Shown here: piece by piece, positions 11,592 to 22,707 of the stretch
Position numbering within the stretch: position 1 is the stretch's first letter
Layout of the letters: the number at the start of each line of letters is the position of its first letter
Origin: Hydrurus foetidus
Lineage: Eukaryota
DNA length: 43,393 nt
NCBI GenBank assembly: GCA_900617105.1
Contig: UYFQ01000374.1
Coordinates: forward strand, 1-43,393
Reading direction: 5' to 3'
The notes under the pieces: model-generated
Databases searched by the model: none
What the model saw: the letters and a program-made list of their open reading frames with translations, nothing else
What the model was told of the DNA's origin: nothing
Program-made: the position numbers and the translations under genes

Positions 11592-12090
11592 TAACAAAAT
11601 CCAGTGGAGTAAGAGATGAGCCAGGAGTGGAATCGGAAAGCAACAAGACAGCACTTCTCACGGTTTCGAATGGGGTGATGCCAACAAAGACGCATTTAAT
11701 GTTCGGTGTTAAAACTGGAGTGCAAAGCTGGTCAACTTCGAGATCTACTATTCCGGTCATACACAACGAAATTGCATTAGAATCGAATGGGATCGCAACG
11801 ATGTCCCCAAGACTTGTGGTCGACGGTAGCATCCATTCGCAACGTAAATCCAGTACAGCGACAGTGACAATACTTAAGAAGAGTTCTGAAACTACTAGAG
11901 GAAGAAATAGCTTAATTGATACAGTGAAAAAAGGGGTACAGCACGAGAAGAAACGTTCTACAGGGATTGAGGGAAAGGGGAAGAAAGAGAAGAAACTAAG
12001 TGAAAAAGCGAGAAAGAAGTTGAGGGACGCTAGTTTTTGTACTGCATCAGATGATAGTGATTCAGAAAACTAAATGTATAAATGGTATAA

Positions 12091-12717
12091 TCACCTGTAA
12101 TTGCGTTCATGTGCGTAGTTGTTTCTTGCAATATTTTCTACAATCTCATCTTTTAAAGTTCTACCTGTATTAATTTCAGACCACTCTTCTGTTGGTTGCG
12201 TATTAGCCCGCCAAGTATCATCTGCTAATCTACCGCTTGCGTCAGTAAAGGCAACAGGTTCAGTAGTGTGATGACTAGATAGAATAGGCAAATTAAGATT
12301 AATACAGAAATTGTGTAGTCTGCAACATGCATGGACGATCTATGCATGTTGCACTATTATCAATGTCGCACCCAAACGAGACGCTGAAGTAATTTCCGAA
12401 GATCCGCTTTTCGACATAGCCATAGATGAATATTTTGCATCTCTTGAAATAGATTCGTACAAAATCTCATGAAGAATCCCGAATCCTCTTGGATCAACCC
12501 GATACTCGGCTATGAATGAACCCTCATTTCTAGCGAGTCCAAGCAAATAATCGGAATCCCAACGCTTCCGAAACAGTGGACTGCTTCTTTGATGACTTTG
12601 CAGAAGGAACGAAGTGAATATCATGCTTTCCGAGTCGTCATCATCGTCATGAGCTGCTGCTAAACTCACAACGTACTCCATGTCATCTGCATCAGTATCG
12701 TCAGCACCATGAATCAT
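12091..12717 (-). pseudogene. Harbinger transposase (DDE_Tnp_4/HARBI1-like), internally deleted
   Basis: The N-terminal EYRVDPRGFGILHEIL...ITSASRLGATL is joined directly to the C-terminal IVHACCRLHNFCI motif; the DDE core is absent; stop at 12340. Confidence 0.85.
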
Positions 12718-12988
12718 CTTCAAATCTGATTAGTAGTGCTATTGTAGCGCGCTGTTTGTAGATAGCAATGAAGGTCAGAAGCTGTACAATATGACCGTAT
12801 CGAAAATCATGTCAAATTTTGGCAAAATTTGCTCGTCGTGTGGAACGAAAGTTCGCCTTGATTTCAGGAGATTTTGTCAAAATCAACATGTTTTGATGCC
12901 CACGTATAAAACGGATGGTGGAAATGGTCAAGACTGATTTTGCCAAAATCACCCAAAATCCTTGTCGGTATAGAATAACCCTAAGTAT

Positions 12989-13480
12989 CCAGGCCAACGA
13001 ACTGGGCCAAAAGGCCAGGCCAAGATATAGTACACCATTACCCAAGCTGTCATCACCCCAGCGGATTTTGGCCATTATGTTTGGAAATCTTGTAGACATT
13101 TAGCAATTTAGAAGACGTTACTAAACTTCATCAGTCTGCTGCGATATTATGATGGAAGAAGAAGTTGATGCTCAACTGGTAACAGCTGATGACGCTGAAG
13201 CTGTAAATAAAATCAGTTCAATTTTGAAGCAATGTTCTTCATGAAGAAATGGCCGGCAAAGAGGAACAATCACAACGATCAGGGATACACCTGTTAAGCT
13301 AGGGGCAGCTGACAAAATCATGATACTCGGCAGGTCAGCAAACTCAAAATTAGTTGTGCTTGGCTGACAGCGATTATCATTGCTGTGCGAATCCATATGA
13401 TCACGGTGACTATGCTGGTGACAACAATTACTGGTGTACTATATCTTGGCCTGGCTTGTTGGCCCAGTTCGTTGGCCTGG
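12989..13480. mobile_element. 492-bp non-autonomous TIR element
   Basis: 49-bp inverted repeats at 12989-13037 and 13432-13480 (47/49 match); CC...GG ends; ttaa on the right flank only. Confidence 0.85.
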
Positions 13481-14835
13481 TTAACTCTCCCCGTGAGAGT
13501 GAAGTCTTTTCCCAGGTACAGGAACCGAAGAACGAAGTTCGGGAATTTTGGGAAAACGGTGAAAATAATAAAATCACCTTTGGCACGCCATAACAATAGG
13601 TAAACCACTCTACAGTTTACAGTTTAGTTTTATCCCCCACCTGGCACGTTGATACGCGCCCCCCCACAATTTCGTATTTCGTTTTACCATACCGTCGAGG
13701 GCCCTTTGTTTTGTTTACGTTAGTATGGTGTGGGGTAAATAAAAGGGTAATCCTCCATCTTGTGAATGTTATCGACCATATACCATCACAACTACTCCAC
13801 ATACCACAACTCACGCTAGAAGTCACCGATTGGAGTCCCGTTTCTTGCGTTACCGAGACAGCAACGCCAATTCAGCTTGGCATTTTTTCCAGACTTTCTA
13901 ATTTGGAATTGCGTGTGAAACTTACTGGTGAGCGCATCGTGTCACAATCAGATTTCAAATTTCTCATAGCGTGCAAGCTAACTTCCCAAGCGAATCATGA
14001 TCAGCAAATTTGGAAAACGTTTTCCGATGTGCTTTTAATCGAGAATCTGATTTAAAACACCTCTTTTCTTGAAGGACTCTTTCACTGAGACAACTTCACA
14101 TGATGCGTCCTATTCTGGAGATGAGATGCCGTTGCAAGGGTGCATTCGCTCTCAGAAAGGGATTGAAGGTCCAAAAAGGAACTCTTTGTAGTGTTAGAAG
14201 AGATCCTTTGAACGCGTATGGTTAGTTGTGCAAGTGCATTCTTGTAAATGCTCCTTCAGATGATTCCTGAATCTGTTGAGTGACATCTGACGTTCAGTTG
14301 TTTATCTTTCGTGTCAGATGCGAATTGCATACAAATTCTGGCGCCTATCGACAGTGCACCAACTCCTCCCAGTACTTATGTGCTTGGAGAGAGGATTGGA
14401 AATGTTAGCCGAGAAGTAGCGTTAGTGCTAGCTAGTTTGATGGATCATCAAAATGTTAGCCTTCCAGAATGCAATGCGTATGATATAGGTTTCAGATTTC
14501 AATGCATAGTAGATGAGGACTCTCATCACAAAGCTGCAGGATATTTCGTGAATATTGTTGTCTACTCTATCAACAGTGATATCTTTACTGTCAAGATGTT
14601 TGATATTTTAAACTCTCAAGGATTGAATCCCCTACGGATGATTAAGCTGTGCTGCAATGATACTTAATTTGCTCTTTGATTGAAATTGTTTTTGACAGCT
14701 AATAATTCAATTATGTTTATCGCTCTATTTTTAAAAGGTGACAAGCATATGAAGATTTCATAGAAATGAAAAAAACAAATGTGATAAAATAAAATAAAGC
14801 AAATGCAAAAAAATGAGTTAAACCAAATTACGACA

Positions 14836-14900
14836 TGAAATGAAATGAAATGAAATGAAATGAAATGAAATGAAATGAAATGAAATGAAATGAAATGAAA
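14836..14900. repeat. (GAAAT)n microsatellite
   Basis: Direct reading. Confidence 0.95.
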
Positions 14901-15172
14901 TAATATATAATAAAATAAAATGAGACGAAATTAAGTAAAATTAAACAGAATTAAATAAAATTATATGAAAGTGGGCTGTAGTATACTATGAGAAAATGAT
15001 TTTTAAAATGATAGGAAATTGATCATGTAATCCTCGGAGCAAGATTTATATACAATGCAGTTTAATACATAGACAAGAGTTATATACAGTGGTAAAATAC
15101 AGTTTTTACATCTGTGTCTTCTCTTGAGTATTCAGTTCTTAATGAACTCAATGACAGAAATTGTCGACCTCC

Positions 15173-17278
15173 TTACATGGAATCACAGTCACTTTTATCG
15201 GTGTCATTTTCTTCAGAAATTGTTTCGTGGTTATCTATGTAGTAATTGATAACGGCTCTTTCTAAAGATTCTAAATCGTCTGGCAGTACTTTCTCATCAG
15301 AATTTTCAGTATTGATTTCCTCATCGATGTCGAGGTCGAGAGTACCCTCTGGTACAATGAGCATCGTCCCACACAAAGATTCCTTCATATAAGAGACAAA
15401 TTCAACTTCTCTGTTGTCATCGAAGTTAATAGGTAATGTCCCCGTCTTAATGAATGTACGGTTAATGCAATCTCTAAATTTAACTTCTGTGAATTGCTCT
15501 TTAAAAAGCAGTATTAAATCCTTTATCCCCTCTATCATTGTTGGCTTTGGTGGTTCAAATTTTGTTAATATGCTCTTGCTTGTTCTATTAATTTTGTACT
15601 CTTGAAAACCTGTTAGCTTGGATTGTTCTAATGTGTGCCTTTAAAGGGCCATTGACAACAAGATCTAGGACCTGTAACTCACCGGTCATATTTTTCGGTA
15701 AGAAACAAACATCTGCACCGATTTCATTGATTACTTCTGTCACACTAGATGTCTTGTGACTACCACAATTATCACACCATATGAGTATTTTACCTAACTT
15801 TTCTTTTAGTGGTTTAATAATCACTTCGAACCATTATACCATCCTAACCGTATCATTCCATGCCTTCACTTGACTTGTAATAACATGGCAAGTTTCAACA
15901 TGAATTATGTATATAATTTTGTGACGAGCCTTAACACCACTCAATGTAATGTCTTTTTCCCAAATTTTCAATATCCAACCGTCACATTCTTTAAAACCAG
16001 GTTTCTTATGTAAGTCACGTATGACTGCCATACCTGTTTGATCAGGTCGCTTCTCGGAGCTCACAATGAGCATCAAGGGAGCGAACTCGCCGAGTGCATT
16101 GACTGCAATTACGGCTGTAATTCTGAGTTTTGTATTCGAAATACCGATATTCGTTGCTCTCGGCTGATTAATTGGACAGTAATTATGTGTAGGGCCAATC
16201 GCATAGGTAAATGCTGTTTCGTCGAAATTGAAGCATGTTTGTGGGCTGTGTCCTTTTTCAATGTAACATTTTGTCCAATATTTAATATCTCGTGAATTTC
16301 CTCATCACTGGGGACTGCCTTATCCTCCCTCGTAATTTTGCGTCGATTGACACCACCGCGATCAAGAAATGATTTTATCCATTTATTCGAAAATCTTAAC
16401 TGTTGTACTGTCTCATCATCTTGCCAGCAATTCCTGTTCTTTACTGCATTTGCTGCTCTCTCAACTATTGAATAAGAGTACGTTACGTTTACCGTGATCC
16501 GTACAGTATCCTAATACAATATTGTTGTTCACTTTTATTAGATTATGAAATCACTATAATTTTGATTATTCTAATCAATATAAGCATATGATAAATACAA
16601 TATGTAATCAGTAGATGATAGCTTACATCCTTCTCTTCATTTTTCTCAAATACGCACATCATCAGATTACCCCATACTTCTGCCTCAAATTTTTTATTTA
16701 TTTTTCTTCCTGATTTCTTTTTTTCTTTTTCAGCTAACCCTAACGATCGCTCAATAGTTCTTGCCGATATAGTCGAGTAATAATTTTTGTGTTTCAATAC
16801 CATCTCGGTGATTTCGGCTGCAACAAATCGAGGACACTCATACTCTCTTTCTGTGGCTACGATTTTGATTACATTGAAGAGAACTAAAACATTTTTCTGA
16901 TCTTCGTCGGAGAAGAGCACATTTTTACTTGGTAAATCATTTAGTGCATTTACTATTCTTATGTCATCGTCTATTGCATCCTCTGCAAGAAGATCTATAT
17001 AACCATTCTCCAGATTATTCTCTAGATTATTCTCTACATTTATCTCAATTTTATCAACTGACTTTGTTTCATTTTCTTGTCTTTTTTTCGCTTTTTTTGA
17101 GTGCGGATTCGAGATAAAAAACAGAATGCTTTTTTCCGAATGAATTGTCTGCATCACTTATCAATTTATCCCTATTCTTTCTAATTGTTCTATCACCTAA
17201 TTTATCTGGCGATTTTGATATGATTTTTTTCTTTTCTGGTTCAACATAGAAAGGACTTTTGAACGGCTTAAAATTCAA
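15173..17278 (-). pseudogene. Pogo transposase (CENP-B HTH + DDE_1), decayed
   Basis: FSNKWIKSFLDR..RRKIT, NFDET, RITAVIAVNALGE, WCDNCGSH, LPKNMTGELQVLD. Intron 16626-16511; frameshifts near 17100, 16270 and 15610; in-frame stop at 15834. Confidence 0.9.
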
Positions 17279-17739
17279 GGCACCAAGAACGGCAGAAGGA
17301 GAATTATGAATTGATGGGAATAATTGCTCTTCGTTAGTATTACGTCACGAACACTCATCACGGCGGATAATAACTCGCTCTGTTGTAAAACCTCAGGACA
17401 GCAGTATGACGTAAACTTTATTTCTATACTTCCGTGATGGCCCTCTAAACTGAAAAATGGAATCAATGATTTATCGGATTGAAAGAGTGTTATACAGGTT
17501 GCACCCCTCCTCTTCAACTCTGACGAGAATAGATTTATTCCATGCTTTAGCGCCAAATAATCCACCCCAAAATTAGCACTGTTCCCCCATTGCATTTTAT
17601 TCATTATTATGCTCAGTTGTTCGGCAGACCATTGCTGATTCACATTTTCATTATCTACAGTATGCCTTACAAGTACTATAGCGAGCATGCACGATGCATA
17701 GTCAATCTCTGGAAGATATTCCATGATCTCTCGCGGCAT
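17275..17739 (-). CDS. Unknown 154-aa ORF inside the pogo element
   Basis: ATG-initiated, non-repetitive ORF abutting the transposase frame; no recognised motif. Confidence 0.35.
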   Translation of the reverse strand: MPREIMEYLPEIDYASCMLAIVLVRHTVDNENVNQQWSAEQLSIIMNKMQWGNSANFGVDYLALKHGINLFSSELKRRGATCITLFQSDKSLIPFFSLEGHHGSIEIKFTSYCCPEVLQQSELLSAVMSVRDVILTKSNYSHQFIILLLPFLVP

Positions 17740-18432
17740 ATCACCTGTGTATTTGTGGACGTCCAGACGTAAAATGAAATCACAGTAACTGGTGTTTTAT
17801 TGCAAATTCAGTTTGTTCATTATCAGAAGAATGCTCTGGAGTAGCCTCAAGTCACCTCACGTTGGTCCTCGGCTCAAAAAATGCAATTCCCTGAACGACT
17901 CTCGAGTTATCCCAACTTTTATGATCCGTAATTGAACGAAGTTTCTAACGTTACGATCGCAACTTTTCGAGTGGAATCTTCGATCAGAACACCAGCAGAC
18001 GACAGTGCCACATGGGAGGGTGTGGTTTGCTGTACTGGCTGAGATAATGAGATTGTAATGCGAGTATCGATATTTCAGGTAGTGGTGGATAAGACGGTCT
18101 GATTGTACAGATTACCGTTCCGTAATACAAAACAAAGGGCACTCGACGGTATGGACCGACCTTATGGACCAAGAACTCCTCTCCCGTTCTCGTTCTTCTT
18201 GTGTGTGGGGGGTTACCAACCAGCATCACAGCTTTCAGCAGCAAGGACCAACCAAAATGGACGAGAAGAACAAACCCGCTTGGCCAATTACCACGTACTA
18301 AACCATCAGAGAGATGTCACTCTTCCCAAAAACTTTTCAACCTCAACCGTAACTCCTCGTCGCGGGTGGACACATCGACAAAACATAGTTCAAATATCAG
18401 CAGCCAAACTAAACCAAAAACCCTACGTCACC

Positions 18433-21405
18433 ATGATGTATTTGTCTCTGGCAGTTGCGCTGTCAATGATATTGCTGCATGTCTCAAATGCATCAGAAGT
18501 GACTCTTCCATCAACAAGAGGAGGAGCAACCGCAATCAGCAAATATAATGGCGAGGACAACATAGATGATTACAAAATCAACCCACATCCGACTAGCGGA
18601 ACAAGTAATGCAATTATGAAAGAATTTACTCAGATAGGTAGCAGAGTAGAGAAGAGATCGCGATCAAACAGCGCATCAATGGCAGGGAAAATTCTTCGGA
18701 AATCGCGGAGCAAAAAAAATGTCGCGTCTGGAGAAAGCACATCAGCTGCCAGTGCAGTCAAAGACATGCATGATAAGAACTCTGCCGATGGACTTGTCGT
18801 AACCGAAAAAATCGAAGAATTCATTGAACCCATGTGTAGACCAGATACAGGAAGATTCGCATTGTTTCCTATTAGAAATCATCGAATGTGGGAGATGTAC
18901 AAGAAGCATGTAGCATCGTTCTGGACGGTAAGACCACTTGAACATCAGAATGACAAACTTTTTTACTTCCAATCTCCGTTGTCAAGTCAGGATACGTGTA
19001 AATCACGCCTTGTTTTCACTATTTCTCACATAATCCGCTAGGTTGAAGAAGTGGACCTCAGCTTAGACACTAACGACTGGGCCAACAGATTGAACGACGA
19101 CGAGAGACACTTCATCCAAATGGTGCTGGCTTTCTTTGCAGGTGACACCCAAAACATCGTACATCATCATGTTATATCATATCATGTTCCCACGTCGCAC
19201 ATCACCACACCTCACTTGATCAACCATCTTTACCTTTTTACTCTTCTCTCTTCTTTTCCACTCTTCTTCTTTACTCTCCTTTCAACTCCTCCCTTATTTT
19301 CTTCTTTATCCTCCTTTCACACTAGGAGCGGATGGGATTGTGATGGAAAACTTGGCTCACAGATTCTGCCAAGAAATGCAGCTACCAGAGGCGCGGTGTT
19401 TTTACGGATTTCAGATAGCGATGGAAACCGTCCACCAGGTTTTTAGAATAAAATGTGTACTTCTGAAGGTGACGTTCCCGCTGCATCGCCTTTTCCTAAA
19501 CTCCTCTATTCCCTTTCTTTTTCTCGTCATCATATTGCAGGAAATGTACAGTTTACTGATTGACACTTTGATAAGAGACAACGCAACGAAAAGAAAGTTA
19601 TTCAATGCACACACAGAGATACCGGCAGTAAAAGCGAAAGCTGACTGGGCTCTACGGTGGATCGGATCGGAGAACAAATTCGCGGAGAGACTAGTGGCGT
19701 TTGCAGCTGTCGAAGGAATATTCTTTAGCGGATCTTTCTGCGCCATATTCTGGTTGAGAAAAAGGTAAGAGATGAGAAATGGAGAGTAGAGAGGGACAAG
19801 TAAGAGGGGAGAGTGGAAGGGAGGATGGAAAGCATTGAGACATAGAGGAGGCGGATAGGTTAGAAGAGGGGAAAGCATTGAGACATAGAGGAGGTGGATA
19901 GGTTAGAAGAGGGGAAAGCATTGAGACATAGAGGAGGTGGATAGGTTAGAAGAGGGGAAAGCAGAGGCCAGAAGTGCATACGGAATTGGATTGATGAATG
20001 AAGAGTGCATGCTACATCCCGTAGCGTCAGAGATGCAGATCATCAAGGCACTTTCTCCACTCCTCACCTTCACCGTCTTGCACACACACCCTGCAATTCC
20101 CTCACATCTACCTCATCTAATCTTCTCTCTTATATTCTCTTTTTTCTCTTGACCCTTGCAGAGGTCTGATGCCTGGACTCACATTCTCCAATGAACTGAT
20201 CAGTCGGGATGAAGGGCTGCACTGCGACTTTGCCTGTCAAACATACGCAATGCTAGAACAGGTACTGCACACCGCACCGACACCAACGCATTATGAAAGA
20301 AGAATAGCGAAGGGAATGCAAACAAACATCTAAACCAACGTTTTTACTTTGGTGTCGAAGAGTGGTGAATTGCGGTCGAAATATCTCACCTTACATATCC
20401 TCGCTCTTGGTGGACTGTTTGCTGCATAATGTGGGCCACGTGACTTTGAATTTATCTAATTTTAAATCACCTTCTCGCCACTTCCTATCTTGCGCCATGA
20501 ATATCACGTATGTCATTCTCTACTTTCCAATCCCTCCTCCGCTACCTCTCCCATTATCATCTCCTCCGTACAACTCTACCCTCTTACCTCCTTCTCTCAC
20601 CCTCCCCACCTCTTTCTTCTTCACAGCATTTGAGCGAGGAAGTGGTGCATCAGATAATAGGAGAAGCGGTTGAGGTGGAGAAAGCCTTCATATGCGATGC
20701 CCTTCCCGTGAGCCTCATCGGCATGAACAGCGATCTCATGAGGGAATACATAGAATACTGCGCCGACAGGTTAGTGACAAACCAAAGTAGAGCTGGACAT
20801 CGCATGTCTAGTATGTGCAACTCTACACTAAGTCTATCATGCATGTGAAAGACGTCGTGAAGCAGCTTCAATGCAAGAACCAGTCTGACTGTATCTTGTA
20901 CCGTTTCGTCATTTGCATGTATGGGTGTCCCACTGATTTTCCTGCTGTACGTATTCGAATTTGTCTGACTGATCTGTTCTGCTGTGCAGCACAGAATGTC
21001 AGTTGTTGACGACTTACTGATCCCTATAACTGCTTTGACTCCCATCCTCATTCTCATCTCCACACCACCACAGCTCTCTCTTGCCCTTACTCCTCTCTCT
21101 CCTCCACCTCACCTACACCTACACCTTACCCTCTATTCATATCATCGCCATCATCACATAGATTGATCGTGTCACTGGGTCACGGCAAGAAATACCACGC
21201 CACTAATCCCTTCCCCTGGATGGACTTAATTTCCCTCGAGGGCAAGACAAATTTCTTCGAGAGACGCGTAGGGGAATATCAAAAAGCGAATGTGATGCTC
21301 TCTTCTTCGTCTTCAGCAGGCTCGGATGGAGAGTCTTCTGGGAGTAGTTCTGATAGCGAGAACGGAAGCAATAGGAACAAACTCAATTTAGATGCTGATT
21401 TCTAA
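18433..21405 (+). CDS. RRM2: Ribonucleoside-diphosphate reductase small subunit (class Ia R2) with N-terminal extension
   Basis: Exons 18433-18927, 19042-19141, 19326-19438, 19541-19764, 20162-20261, 20627-20769 and 21162-21405, all phase-compatible GT-AG. Motifs [58 protein letters not shown]-terminal LDADF. Confidence 0.97.
19827..19963. repeat. 43-bp intronic minisatellite, about 3 copies
   Basis: ggaaagcattgagacatagaggagg... at 19827, 19870 and 19913. Confidence 0.9.
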
Positions 21406-22707
21406 TGGAGACGGAGACTGACATCCAGAAATCACTTCGACCTGCACCTAACAATGCAGTGCAGTGCGATGAGGTGCACATGATATTGTAGCATATCACG
21501 TCACCATCTCATCTACAGTAGAGTAGATAACAGCCCACTTACTGCGGAACAACTGAAGAGTACTTTCAGCTCTACTGGAGGTGCATGATAATCCTTGTGA
21601 GAGCTTGACGTGATGTAGCGTGCACGAAGCGATTATGTTCCATTGAATCAGCGGGGTGGGGTGTTCCAGTTGTATATAGCATAGCACAGCGGCTCAACTT
21701 AGTGTACACTTTCCAACCGTACGAGCGCTACACTACTATTTGAACATAACATAACATAACATACATAATATCTTTACATCGCGCGCCCACTCTGCAAGTA
21801 AGACAGGGTGAAACGAGACAGAACAGAACAGAATAAACCGTTTCCTAATCAAATTCACGTCTTATTCGAACTTTACTTCAACTTCGTTGACTCGTATCCC
21901 ATTGCATTGCACAACATCACGACACAAAACAGACTGTAAGAATCGATACGAAAAATACCATGTAACGACAAGAATCTCAATGTCTGTATGACTTAGAGGA
22001 TTTGGCGAGTCCGCTAGCCTTCGCTTTGAGATCACTAGGGGCCCCTAAAGTGAAGTGGAAACCCTTCGTAAGCATGTTCTTCTCCTGCAGCTCTTCTAAC
22101 TGTGAGCCTCTGCTCCTATGAATCTAGGCGGCACTGGCGCCATTCCGAGCACTTGGTCGTAGCCTCAGCGAACTGCATGAGATCGAGGCTAATTAACCCA
22201 TAACTGGTGCATGAATTTTTTGAATTACAAATCACTGTGTTGCCGAAGGAAAATAATAGTGATGACGATCACACCTTAGAGTATCGGTGATTATCTGATG
22301 TGACTGTTGCGCTGCTCTGCTGTCACGCATCTGAACACTGGCTATCACCAGATCAAGAAACCAATTTCGTTTAGCCAAGTAATAGATTCCCTGCTAGAGG
22401 CACGAGAGATCGATTCCAAGTCATTCGACATTGTACAGGCAATCAACGCTTCCCAAACTTTATGGCAGGGATCACCAATACTGATGCAATTCTACTTGCT
22501 ATAAAGTTTATTTTATTCATAAAAAAAGTACAGGGAAACGTAAATTTAGTATGAGTATCCTCGATCGACTATGCTGGTGCTGCTGTGTTTTTAAAATCTC
22601 TGAATATTCTATGAGTATCCACTGAATGCTCCTCCACATCTGCGGAATCTGGAGCTTCATCTGACTTACAATCATACGCTTCTCTACTCCTTGGAGTCGC
22701 CATCAAA

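Larger units (their letters stand above)
3887..12073 (+). pseudogene. Harbinger accessory (ORF1, putative Myb/SANT-like DNA-binding) gene, interrupted by the Gypsy element
   Basis: Coding segments 3887-4643, 4724-5117, 5188-5467 and 11207-12073. The GT-AG introns of 80 and 70 nt are phase-compatible. Removing the 5739-bp LTR insertion restores one frame of about 765 aa. The Myb/SANT assignment rests on Harbinger architecture, not on a clear motif. Confidence 0.7.
3657..12981. mobile_element. PIF/Harbinger DNA transposon, non-autonomous (about 3.6 kb without the nested LTR element)
   Basis: TIRs gggtcattctataccg (from 3657) and cggtatagaataaccc (to 12981), 15/16 match. TAA TSD at 3654-3656 and 12982-12984. 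Two convergent genes; subterminal gaattc-rich (left) and gatttt/aaaatc-rich (right) motifs. Confidence 0.9.
13692..18149 (-). mobile_element. Pogo-family (Tc1/mariner superfamily) DNA transposon, 4458 bp
   Basis: TIRs ccgtcgagggccctttgttttgt-ttacg and (reverse complement) ccgtcgagtgccctttgttttgtattacg; TA TSD at 13690-13691 and 18150-18151; palindromic target ccaTAtgg. Confidence 0.9.

Noticed and set aside
11099..11695. Cys-rich 198-aa minus-strand ORF and 149-aa plus-strand ORF
   Set aside because: Alternative frames of the 57-bp repeat; only the DRGVSAS frame connects to flanking coding sequence on both sides.
3551..13612. Possible outer hAT-like element (tagagtggt ... accactcta) enclosing the Harbinger and the TIR element
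   Set aside because: Only a 9-10 bp inverted match, and the candidate 8-bp TSDs (ctgtatag vs cagtttac) agree at 5/8; insufficient without other copies.
18103..18432. Longer N-terminus of the R2 ORF in the ORF track
   Set aside because: Begins at a non-ATG codon inside the pogo terminus; the first ATG with signal-peptide character is 18433.
21990..22200. GC-richer intergenic stretch with palindrome taggggccccta and a tagcctc/gaggcta stem; possible ncRNA
   Set aside because: No tRNA, snRNA, SRP or RNase P/MRP motif could be recognised; a covariance-model search would be needed.
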